12,384 bases of DNA from Gemmatimonadaceae bacterium (GCA_035265005.1 DATFPD010000082.1:1-12384), one strand, 5' to 3'; counted from the stretch's first letter, positions 1 to 6,330 are shown. Numbers and translations: made by a program. The notes: generated by a model from the sequence alone, not told the origin.

Positions 1-1147
1 GGAGCATCGTCTCGTCGTTGAAGGCGAACGAGCGGTTGTCGAAGTTGAGGGTGCCGATGCCGGACCAGGCGCCGTCGGCGACCAGCGTCTTGGCGTGGAT
101 CATCGTCGGCAGGTACTCGAAGAGGCGGACGCCGCCGGCGAGCAGGCGCTCGTACTGCGTGCGCCCCGCCCAGCGGGTGCTCTGCACGTCGTTGCGCTCG
201 CCGCTCGTGAGGACGCGCACGTCCACGCCGCGGCGCGCCGCGTCCACCAGCATCTCGACGAACTGGTCGTTCGGGACGAAGTAGGCGTTGGAGACGTACA
301 GCCGCTGGCGCGCGGCGGCGATGGACATCGCCATGAACCGCTCGGCGGCCGTGCTGCCCAGCGTGGGCGCCGCGTAGAGCAGGCCGGCGGTCGTCGAGCC
401 CGCCGCGGGCTCGGTGGCCTCCCCGGGGAAGAACAGCTCGCCGGCGATGAGCGTGCCGGTGGCCTCGGCCCACGCCGCGGCGAAGGTGGCCTGGTGCTGC
501 ATCACCGCCGGCCCCTCGAAGCGCACGTTGGTGTCGCGCCACTGGTCCTCGTGCCGCCCGTCGCCGAACCACTTGTCGTCGATCCCGAAGCCGCCGGTGT
601 AGCCGACGGTGCCGTCCAAGACGACGACCCGGATGTGCGAGCGGTGCTGCACCTTGTGCAGCTCCCACCAGCGCGTGGGGCGGAACTCCGCCACCTGCAC
701 CCCGCCCGCCTTCAGCCGCTCGATGTAGTCCTTGCCGAGCGGCGCCGAGCCGAACGCGTCGCGAAGGAAGAGCACGCGCACGCCGGCCCGCGCGCGCTCG
801 GTGATGATCTCCGCGAACTCGTCGGCCATCCGCCCCGGCTGGCAGTAGTACATCTGGAGGGTGATCGAGCGCCGAGCCGCGCGCAGGTCCTCCCACAGCC
901 GCGGGTACGTCTCGTCGCCACACGTCATGACCTCGATGCGATGCCCGCTCGTCAGGTGGGACTTGGTGAGCATCGCGATGGTGTCGCAGAACAGCCGGTC
1001 CCGCACCGCCGGCGGCCCGTCGTCGCCCGGCGCGCGCATCCGGTGAACCGGCGTCCCGCGGGTGACGTGCAGGAAGCCGACGAACGCGAAGGCGACGGTG
1101 ACGAGCAGCAGCAGCCCAGCGCCGATCCTGATGACCCAGTCGATCAT
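1..1147 (-). CDS. cls: cardiolipin synthase (phospholipase D superfamily, two HKD-type motifs); N-terminus at 1147, C-terminus runs off the window start
   Basis: Manual minus-strand translation from ATG at 1147-1145 gives MIDWVIRIGAGLLLLVTVAFAFVGFLHV..., an N-terminal TM helix typical of Cls. Second HKD motif near 60-130: MIHAKTLVADGAWSGIGTLNFDNRSF. First motif near 611-640: SHIRVVVLDGTVGYTGGFGIDD. Not in the ORF track because there is no stop codon inside the window. Confidence 0.8.
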   Translation of the reverse strand, partial: MIDWVIRIGAGLLLLVTVAFAFVGFLHVTRGTPVHRMRAPGDDGPPAVRDRLFCDTIAMLTKSHLTSGHRIEVMTCGDETYPRLWEDLRAARRSITLQMYYCQPGRMADEFAEIITERARAGVRVLFLRDAFGSAPLGKDYIERLKAGGVQVAEFRPTRWWELHKVQHRSHIRVVVLDGTVGYTGGFGIDDKWFGDGRHEDQWRDTNVRFEGPAVMQHQATFAAAWAEATGTLIAGELFFPGEATEPAAGSTTAGLLYAAPTLGSTAAERFMAMSIAAARQRLYVSNAYFVPNDQFVEMLVDAARRGVDVRVLTSGERNDVQSTRWAGRTQYERLLAGGVRLFEYLPTMIHAKTLVADGAWSGIGTLNFDNRSFAFNDETML

Positions 1148-1210
1148 GCGCGACGCGGATAGAGAAAAAAATCGGACCAGGAAGAGCCCGCTAGGCGGCC
1201 GCCAGGCCCG

Positions 1211-1795
1211 CTACGTCGCGTCCGGCACCGTGTAGGGGTAGCTCTGCGTGTAGTACTCGGCGAAGCCGCGCGCCCGGTAGTTGGGGAGCGCCGCCGGCCC
1301 GTCGAGGGTGCAGGTGTGCAGCCAGACGCGGTCGGGGGGCGCGTCGCTCCCCCAGCGCCACGCTTCCTCGACCGCGCGGGTGAGGAGGTGCCCGCCGAGC
1401 CGGCGGCCGATGAAGCGGCCGACGAGGCCGAAGTAGACGATCTCGACCGAGTGGTCCTCGGGGTGCGCGCGGAGCTCGAAGAATCCCGCCTCGTCTCCGT
1501 CGTACGTCATCACCCACACGCCCACCGACGGGTCGCCGAGGTACGCGGCCAGGTGCGCGTCGCTCCACGCCTCGCGGTCGCGCCAGTAGTAGGGACCCCC
1601 GACCTCGCGGTAGAGCGCGCGGTAGCGCTCGACTGGCATCGGCGCCGCGCGCGCGACGCGGACGCGCGGGTCGTCCACCGCCGCCGCGCGGAGCTGGTCG
1701 AGGGAGAGCATCTGGAGGTAGGTGCGGACGACGTCTATCTGCGGCATGCGGCGCCAGACGAGTTCGGGTCGAGGGAAGTTCTCCCGGCGCGCCAA
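1211..1795 (-). CDS. GNAT-family N-acetyltransferase (start ambiguous: TTG at 1795 or in-frame ATG at 1747)
   Basis: ORF track 1211..1795 (194 aa). It carries the GNAT motif A-like VYFGLVGRFIGRRLGGHLL and an acetyltransferase fold-like pattern, and its composition is not Arg-biased. The ATG at 1747 (MPQIDVVRTY...) is an alternative start. Confidence 0.7.
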   Translation of the reverse strand: MARRENFPRPELVWRRMPQIDVVRTYLQMLSLDQLRAAAVDDPRVRVARAAPMPVERYRALYREVGGPYYWRDREAWSDAHLAAYLGDPSVGVWVMTYDGDEAGFFELRAHPEDHSVEIVYFGLVGRFIGRRLGGHLLTRAVEEAWRWGSDAPPDRVWLHTCTLDGPAALPNYRARGFAEYYTQSYPYTVPDAT

Positions 1796-1926
1796 TTGCG
1801 CAACCCGCCGCGCTCAGCGTTCGGCCGATCGCATTCGGACTGATTGGTACAAAGTCGGGACTAATTTTAGTGCGGTTCGTTAGCGTACCTATAGAAATCG
1901 ACGGCTATACTCCTGGCGTGACGCCA

Positions 1927-1955
1927 TTGACACTTGGACTACCCGGTCCTATTCT
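1927..1955 (+). promoter_or_regulatory. sigma70-like promoter TTGACA-N17-TATTCT upstream of the TetR gene
   Basis: TTGACA at 1927-1932, 17-nt spacer, TATTCT at 1950-1955, in the only AT-richer intergenic stretch (1800-1960). The predicted TSS around 1962-1963 coincides with the GTG start at 1963. Confidence 0.45.
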
Positions 1956-1962
1956 TTCGCTC

Positions 1963-2577
1963 GTGAAGGACAGACGAGCAGAGATCCTCGACACGGCCGC
2001 CCGCCTCATGGCCGAGCGCGGCTACACGCAGACATCGGTGGAAGAAGTCATCCGTGAGGCCAAGCTCAGCGGGAAGAGTCACTTCTACCACTACTTCAAA
2101 TCGAAGGAAGAGCTCGGCTACGAGGTGCTGAACCGCCAGTTCGAGCGCTTCGCCGAGCGGGGGCTGGCGATCCTGCGTGAGCCGATGATCGACCCGCTGG
2201 AGCGGCTCAATCTCTTCATCGACTCGCTGGTGACGGTGCAGGCGGCGCAGGGGTGCAAGCGCGGCTGTCCGTTCGGCAACCTGGCGGCGGAGATGGCGGA
2301 CGCGCACGAGGGATTCCGCGCTCGAATCGAGATGGTGTTCGAGCGCTGGGCGGGGCAGATCCAGTCGCTGTTGTGGGAGGCGCGCGCGCAGCTCGGCGAC
2401 GACGTCGACGCGGCGCGGCTGTCGCGCTTCATCATCGCCACGCTCGAGGGCGCGCTGCTGATGTCGCGCGTGCAGCGGGACGTGTCGGTGCTGCAGGGGA
2501 TCGCGGCGGATCTGAAGCGGTTCGTGGCGACGCACGTGCGGGACGGGGCGGGGGCGGCCGTGGTCGCAGCCGGGTAG
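1963..2577 (+). CDS. TetR/AcrR-family transcriptional regulator
   Basis: ORF track 1870..2577; chosen start is the in-frame GTG at 1963 (VKDRRAEILDTAARLMAERGYTQTSVEEVIREAKLSGKSHFYHYFKSKEEL is a canonical TetR N-terminal HTH). A longer N-terminus would overlap the promoter. Confidence 0.8.
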   Translation: MKDRRAEILDTAARLMAERGYTQTSVEEVIREAKLSGKSHFYHYFKSKEELGYEVLNRQFERFAERGLAILREPMIDPLERLNLFIDSLVTVQAAQGCKRGCPFGNLAAEMADAHEGFRARIEMVFERWAGQIQSLLWEARAQLGDDVDAARLSRFIIATLEGALLMSRVQRDVSVLQGIAADLKRFVATHVRDGAGAAVVAAG

Positions 2578-2666
2578 CGTCGACGCGTTGGTAGAGTGCG
2601 GCGGGGCGCGGGCACTCGGGCCCGCGCGCAGACCGCGGGGATGATGCGGGGGTTCGGGGAGAGGAC

Positions 2667-3368
2667 ATGGAAGCCATCGACATTCGCATGGGTGACGAGG
2701 CCGGCCGCGGCGGCGTGGACGGCGCCTCCGGGAGTGCCGCGCGCGGCGCGAGCGGGGCGAGCGGCGGGCCGCAGCTGTGGTCCGACCGCGAGGTCGTGCT
2801 GCCGACCGAGCAGCGCCGCGCCCGCTTCGAGGCCGAGGCGCTGGCACACCTCGACGCGCTCTACAGCTTCGCGCTCAAGCTCGCGCGCAGCCGCGACGAC
2901 GCCGAGGACCTGGTGTCCGACACCATGCTGCGCGCCTTCGAGCGGTGGGAGCAGTACCACCTCGGCACCAACATCCGCGCCTGGCTGTTCACGATCCTCT
3001 ACCACGCCTTCGTCAGCCGCAAGCGCCGCATCGACGCCCGCGAGGTCCAGCCGGGCGACGGCGACGGCGAGGGCTGGTCGGCGTTCGAGGCCGTCGGCGA
3101 GATCGACCCCGAGGGCCGGTTCTACGACTCGTTCCTCGACGAGGAGATCACCCGCGCGATCGGCAAGCTGCCTGACGAGTACCGCTCGGCGGTGCTGCTG
3201 AGCGACGTGCACGAGCTGCGGTACGCGGAGATCGCCGAGATCCTCGGCGTGCCCGAGGGCACCGTGAAGTCGCGCCTGTTCCGCGGCCGGCGGATTCTCC
3301 AGAAGAAGCTGGCGAATTACGCGGTGGAGATGGGGTACATCAAGCTGCCGACGCCGACGACGGGCTGA
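2667..3368 (+). CDS. RNA polymerase ECF-subfamily sigma-70 factor with ~45-aa Gly/Ala/Ser-rich N-terminal extension
   Basis: ORF track 2667..3368 (233 aa). Region 2 is DAEDLVSDTMLRAFERW. Region 4 HTH is LPDEYRSAVLLSDVHELRYAEIAEILGVPEGTVKSRLFRGRRIL. RBS GGAGAGG lies 4-10 nt upstream of the ATG at 2667. Confidence 0.85.
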   Translation: MEAIDIRMGDEAGRGGVDGASGSAARGASGASGGPQLWSDREVVLPTEQRRARFEAEALAHLDALYSFALKLARSRDDAEDLVSDTMLRAFERWEQYHLGTNIRAWLFTILYHAFVSRKRRIDAREVQPGDGDGEGWSAFEAVGEIDPEGRFYDSFLDEEITRAIGKLPDEYRSAVLLSDVHELRYAEIAEILGVPEGTVKSRLFRGRRILQKKLANYAVEMGYIKLPTPTTG

Positions 3369-3395
3369 GACGAGATCGGCGACGCGCGTTGCAGG

Positions 3396-3434
3396 AAGGG
3401 CCCCGGACGCCATGCGAGGCGTCCCGGGGCCCTT
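3396..3434 (+). terminator. strong GC-rich hairpin (16-bp stem with 1-nt bulge, 6-nt loop atgcga) downstream of the ECF sigma gene; no U-tract
   Basis: aagggccccggacgcc (3396-3411) pairs with ggcgtcccggggccctt (3418-3434). It lies 28 nt after the stop codon at 3366-3368. Confidence 0.5.
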
Positions 3435-3622
3435 CGCGCATCGCGCATCGTCTCCTAGGTTTCCGCCTCCGCATCCGTTACCTTCCATCAGGGCTACCGA
3501 GCCCATTGCGATCTGGCTTTCGAGCCGCGCATTCATCAATCGACACGGGCCTGGCGCAACGACGGGTCTCTCCTCTGCCGACTGCGGAATGTTTCACGCA
3601 CGGCAGGACACAGGGGGGGACC

Positions 3623-4399
3623 ATGGGCACCGGCACCACGGTCGAGGCGCGCAGCATCGGCGCGCCGGCAGTCGAGCATAACGGGACACGTCCGGACGGC
3701 CCCCATGCGCCCGAGGGCAACCGGCTCCTCAGGTCGCTCGCGCCCGAGTCCTACGCCCGGCTCCTCCCGCTCATGGAGCCGGTGTACCTGCCGGCGAAGT
3801 ACGTCCTCTGGGAGCCGGAGGCGGCGGTCGAGGCGGTGTACTTCCCGCGCACCTGCGTGTTATCGATCGTCGTCCCGCTGGACGGAGAGAAGCCGGTCGA
3901 GGCGGCCACGGTCGGCTGCGAGGGGCTGGCCGGCGTCTCCGTCGCGTTAGGTGGCGAGTCGTCGTCCACCCGGGCCTTCTGCCAGATTCCGGGCGATGCC
4001 ATGCGCGTCGAGGCCGGCGCGTTCCGGAGCGCGCTCGCCGCCGACCCGGCGCTCCAGCGCCTCACGCTGCGCTACGCCCAGGCGCTGTTCGAGCAGGCGG
4101 CGCGGGCGGCGGCGTGCAACGCCCGCCACGAGGTGCAGGAGCGGTGCGCCCGCTGGATCCTGATGACCTACGACCGCGTGGCGGCGAACCCGATCCCGCT
4201 GACCCACGAGTTCCTGTCCATCATGCTCGGTGTGCGCCGGGCAAGCGTCACCGTGGCCGTGGGCGCGCTCGCGCAGGCGGGACTCGTCCGCGGCTCCCGC
4301 GCCCGCATCTACGTGCTCGACCGCGCCGGCCTCGAGGCGGCGAGCTGCGAGTGCTACACCGTCGTCGCCCGCCGCTACGACCGCCTGCTCAGCGGATAG
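3623..4399 (+). CDS. Crp/Fnr-family transcriptional regulator (cNMP-binding domain + C-terminal HTH); lacks FNR-type N-terminal Cys cluster
   Basis: In-frame ATG at 3623 preceded by AGGGGGGGA. The upstream part of ORF 3389..4399 would run through the hairpin and intergenic region. HTH is HEFLSIMLGVRRASVTVAVGALAQAGLVRGSRARIYVLDRAGLE. The beta-roll-like region is VYFPRTCVLSIVVPLDGEKPVEAATVGCEGLAG. Confidence 0.8.
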   Translation: MGTGTTVEARSIGAPAVEHNGTRPDGPHAPEGNRLLRSLAPESYARLLPLMEPVYLPAKYVLWEPEAAVEAVYFPRTCVLSIVVPLDGEKPVEAATVGCEGLAGVSVALGGESSSTRAFCQIPGDAMRVEAGAFRSALAADPALQRLTLRYAQALFEQAARAAACNARHEVQERCARWILMTYDRVAANPIPLTHEFLSIMLGVRRASVTVAVGALAQAGLVRGSRARIYVLDRAGLEAASCECYTVVARRYDRLLSG

Positions 4400-4516
4400 A
4401 ACGGCAACTACGAAATACGAAGTCCGAAGTACGGAAGCGGCCTCGGGGCGCAGGAATGTCCCGAGGCCGCTTCCGTACTTCGGACTTCGCACTTTCGTAT
4501 TTCGTACTTGCCGTTC
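4399..4516. repeat. 118-bp near-perfect inverted repeat (49-nt and 57-nt arms, 12-nt loop) whose arms are tandem imperfect heptamer repeats; candidate bidirectional terminator or MITE/REP-like element
   Basis: Left arm 4399-4447: gaacggcaactacgaaatacgaagtccgaagtacggaagcggcctcggg. Loop 4448-4459: gcgcaggaatgt. Right arm 4460-4516 is its reverse complement plus one extra ~8-nt unit (cgcacttt). It sits between the convergent Crp (stop 4397-4399) and CGNR (stop 4515-4517) genes. Confidence 0.7.
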
Positions 4517-5216
4517 AGCTTCTCCACCGCGCCCGGTGTCGTGCCGCCTTCGCGCGGTTGCCGCACGTCGCCATGTCACACCAGCGGCGCCGGCCGTTGC
4601 GCGTGCCGTCGTAGAACAGGCGCGAGCAGCGCGAGTCCGCGCACCGCCTGACGCGCGCCAGCTCGCCGACGATCAGCGCGTCGGCCGCCGAGTCGACGAT
4701 CGGGATGAGCAGCCCGGCGAACGCGTCGCCGACGGCGACGAAGCTGCGGACGAAGCTCCCATCCACGCGCGGCTCCACGCGCCGCGTGCCGGCACTGCGG
4801 CCGAGGATGCGGTTGATCTCGGCCAGCGCCTCCAGGCGCACCTGGGCGTCCGCGGCGCCGCGCTCGGCGAGGCGGCGCAGCGCGGCCCGCACGCGGCGCG
4901 CGTCGGTGATCGCGGCGGCGGCGCCGGCCGGCTGCTGCCCGGCGCGGCGCATCAGCGCCCCCGCGCGCTCGGCGTCGAGCACGCCGGCCGCGTCCATCCA
5001 GCCCGCCAGCGCGTCGAAGTCGGTGAGCGCGTCGACGTGCGTGCCGCGGCGGAGCTGCTCGGTGTTGACGAAGTCGAGCCAGAGCCGGTCGGCGACGAAG
5101 ACGAACGCGCCGGCCTGGCGCCGGCGGTCGCGTAGCGGCGCCGGGGCGGTGGCGGCGGAGTACGTGCTGGTCTCGGGGGCAGCCGATGGCACGGTGAGCA
5201 TGGCGCGCACAAGCAT
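4515..5216 (-). CDS. CGNR zinc-finger / ABATE-domain putative stress-responsive transcriptional regulator
   Basis: Minus ORF 4515..5405, trimmed to ATG at 5216 (MLVRAMLTVP...; another ATG at 5201). ABATE signature is ADRLWLDFVNTE. C-terminal CGNR zinc-finger is CADSRCSRLFYDGTRNGRRRWCDMATCGNRAKAARHR. Confidence 0.75.
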   Translation of the reverse strand: MLVRAMLTVPSAAPETSTYSAATAPAPLRDRRRQAGAFVFVADRLWLDFVNTEQLRRGTHVDALTDFDALAGWMDAAGVLDAERAGALMRRAGQQPAGAAAAITDARRVRAALRRLAERGAADAQVRLEALAEINRILGRSAGTRRVEPRVDGSFVRSFVAVGDAFAGLLIPIVDSAADALIVGELARVRRCADSRCSRLFYDGTRNGRRRWCDMATCGNRAKAARHRARWRS

Positions 5217-5346
5217 ACCCCGCCCCGATGGGGGGCGGAAGGGGAGCCGCGCGCCCGCGCCGGAAACGCACCCGGCACGCGTCGTGCTCCCCGCGCACGA
5301 CGCCACAGCGCGAAGCTCGCACACCACCCGACACGCAGGAGAGCGT

Positions 5347-5640
5347 ATGCCGCGAGGCGACAAGGGCGCGTACACCGACAAGCAGAAGCGCAAGGCCGAG
5401 CACATCGAGGAGGGCTACGAGAAGCGCGGGGTGTCGAAGAAAACGGCGAAGGCACGCGCCTGGGCGACGGTGAACAAGGAGACGGGCGGCGGCAAGAAGT
5501 CCGGCTCGGGGCGCGGCAAGACCGAGTCGCGGGCCTCCTCCAAGAAGGGCGGCCGCATCGGCGGCAAGAGCCAGTCGACCGCGAAGCGCCGCGCCGCCGG
5601 GAAGAAGGCCGCGGCCACGAGGAAGCGCAGAGCGTCATGA
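5347..5640 (+). CDS. small (97 aa) highly basic Lys/Gly-rich conserved protein (KGG-motif/stress-protein-like)
   Basis: ATG at 5347 with RBS AGGAGA at 5336-5341. Sequence: MPRGDKGAYTDKQKRKAEHIEEGYEKRGVSKKTAKARAWATVNKETGGGKKSGSGRGK...KKGGRIGGKSQ. This is the 3' part of ORF-track entry 4705..5640, whose 5' part is an artefact antisense to the CGNR gene. Confidence 0.65.
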   Translation: MPRGDKGAYTDKQKRKAEHIEEGYEKRGVSKKTAKARAWATVNKETGGGKKSGSGRGKTESRASSKKGGRIGGKSQSTAKRRAAGKKAAATRKRRAS

Positions 5641-5670
5641 CGGCAACGACGCAGCTTCCAGGATTCTCCC

Positions 5671-6096
5671 ATGACCACCGCCCCCTTCTCCGTCTCGGAG
5701 CGCGTGCGATGGGCCGACGTGGATCTCGTCGGCATCATGCGCTACGACGCGTACACGCGCTTCCTGGACGTCGCCGAGAGCGACATGCTGCGGTCGGTGG
5801 GGCTGTCGGTGCCGAAGATCGCCGAGCGCTACGACGTGTGGCTGCCGCGGAAGGTGCTCCACGTCGATTACCACGCGCCGGCGCGGCTGGATGACCTGCT
5901 GGCGGTGCGGGCGTGGATCGGGCACGTGGGTACGTCGTCGATCAAGCTGAAGTTCGAGATCGCCGACGCCGAGACCGGGGCGCCGCGCGCCTCCGCGCAC
6001 TTCTTCCTGGTGTGCGTGGGGCGCGCCGACCTCCAGAAGCGTCCGTTGCCGGCCGAGGTCGTGCTGCTCCTCAGGCCTTACGTGACCGGAGAGTAG
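5671..6096 (+). CDS. acyl-CoA thioesterase, 4HBT/YbgC-like hotdog fold
   Basis: ORF 5671..6096 (141 aa). RVRWADVDLVGIMRYDAYTRFLDVAESDMLRSVGL is the typical thioesterase N-terminus with the catalytic Asp. It starts 30 nt after the small basic protein gene, so it is probably co-transcribed. Confidence 0.8.
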   Translation: MTTAPFSVSERVRWADVDLVGIMRYDAYTRFLDVAESDMLRSVGLSVPKIAERYDVWLPRKVLHVDYHAPARLDDLLAVRAWIGHVGTSSIKLKFEIADAETGAPRASAHFFLVCVGRADLQKRPLPAEVVLLLRPYVTGE

Positions 6097-6124
6097 GGGC
6101 CGGGCTTTAGATGGGCCCCTACTC
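6091..6124 (+). terminator. hairpin (11-bp stem gagtaggggcc/ggcccctactc, 12-nt loop) overlapping the thioesterase stop codon; no U-tract
   Basis: 6091-6101 pairs with 6114-6124, directly seen in the sequence. It is followed by ctccgtgtgcg. Confidence 0.4.
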
Positions 6125-6303
6125 CTCCGTGTGCGTTCGCGCGACACACGCGTCCAGCCCGTAGGACAGCGCGCGCCGGCCGGCGACCGGCGCTCGGGCG
6201 CGAAGCGGTGGCGGCGCAAGGCGTTAACGAATACGCCTGACGCTGGTCCCGTTGGTGCGTTGCCCACCGGACGAGCCACGCCGCCGGCCGCGGCGCGCCG
6301 TCC

Positions 6304-6330
6304 AAACCCCGGGGCGCACCGCACCGTCTA
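6304..6330 (+). promoter_or_regulatory. candidate ECF-sigma-type promoter AAAC-N17-CGTCTAA upstream of the TPR/TonB-receptor operon
   Basis: AAAC at 6304-6307, 17-nt spacer, CGTCTAA at 6325-6331 (GTCTAA resembles sigmaE-type -10 elements). It lies ~75 nt upstream of the ATG at 6407. Same architecture as the motif at 12213-12238. Confidence 0.3.

Noticed and set aside
95-1162. 355-aa + strand ORF (MDHRRQVLEEADAAGEQ...)
   Set aside because: Antisense to the well-supported cardiolipin synthase gene; Arg/Gly/Ala-rich composition typical of high-GC alternate-frame artefacts; no recognisable domain.
1148-1210. A7 run and ggcggccgcc palindrome between cls and the GNAT gene as a terminator/promoter
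   Set aside because: On the minus strand the T7 run is ~25 nt from the palindrome, and the palindrome has no loop, so it is not a convincing intrinsic terminator. It may still hold the cls promoter, but no clear -35/-10 could be assigned.
2118-3539. 473-aa minus-strand ORF, plus 1939..2847 minus and 2253..3201 + ORFs
   Set aside because: They overlap the TetR and ECF sigma genes, which have clear HTH and sigma-region signatures. The compositions are extreme in Arg/Ala/Pro and there are no motifs; these are GC-driven open frames.
3389-3622. N-terminal 78-aa extension of the Crp/Fnr ORF
   Set aside because: It would translate through the 16-bp terminator hairpin and the AT-richer promoter-like region. 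The ATG at 3623 with a G-rich RBS gives a normal-length Crp/Fnr protein.
4399-4516. Possibility that the heptamer repeats are a CRISPR array or rRNA/tRNA
   Set aside because: Units are 7 nt, with no spacer-repeat architecture and no cas genes. There is no tRNA cloverleaf or rRNA-like conservation. It is better described as an inverted repeat of tandem repeats.
4576-5403. 275-aa minus ORF and the 5' two-thirds of + ORF 4705..5640
   Set aside because: These are alternate frames or antisense of the CGNR/ABATE gene (LDFVNT and CGNR motifs read in the 4515..5216 frame). Only the 3' part of 4705..5640, from ATG 5347 with a strong RBS, looks genuine.
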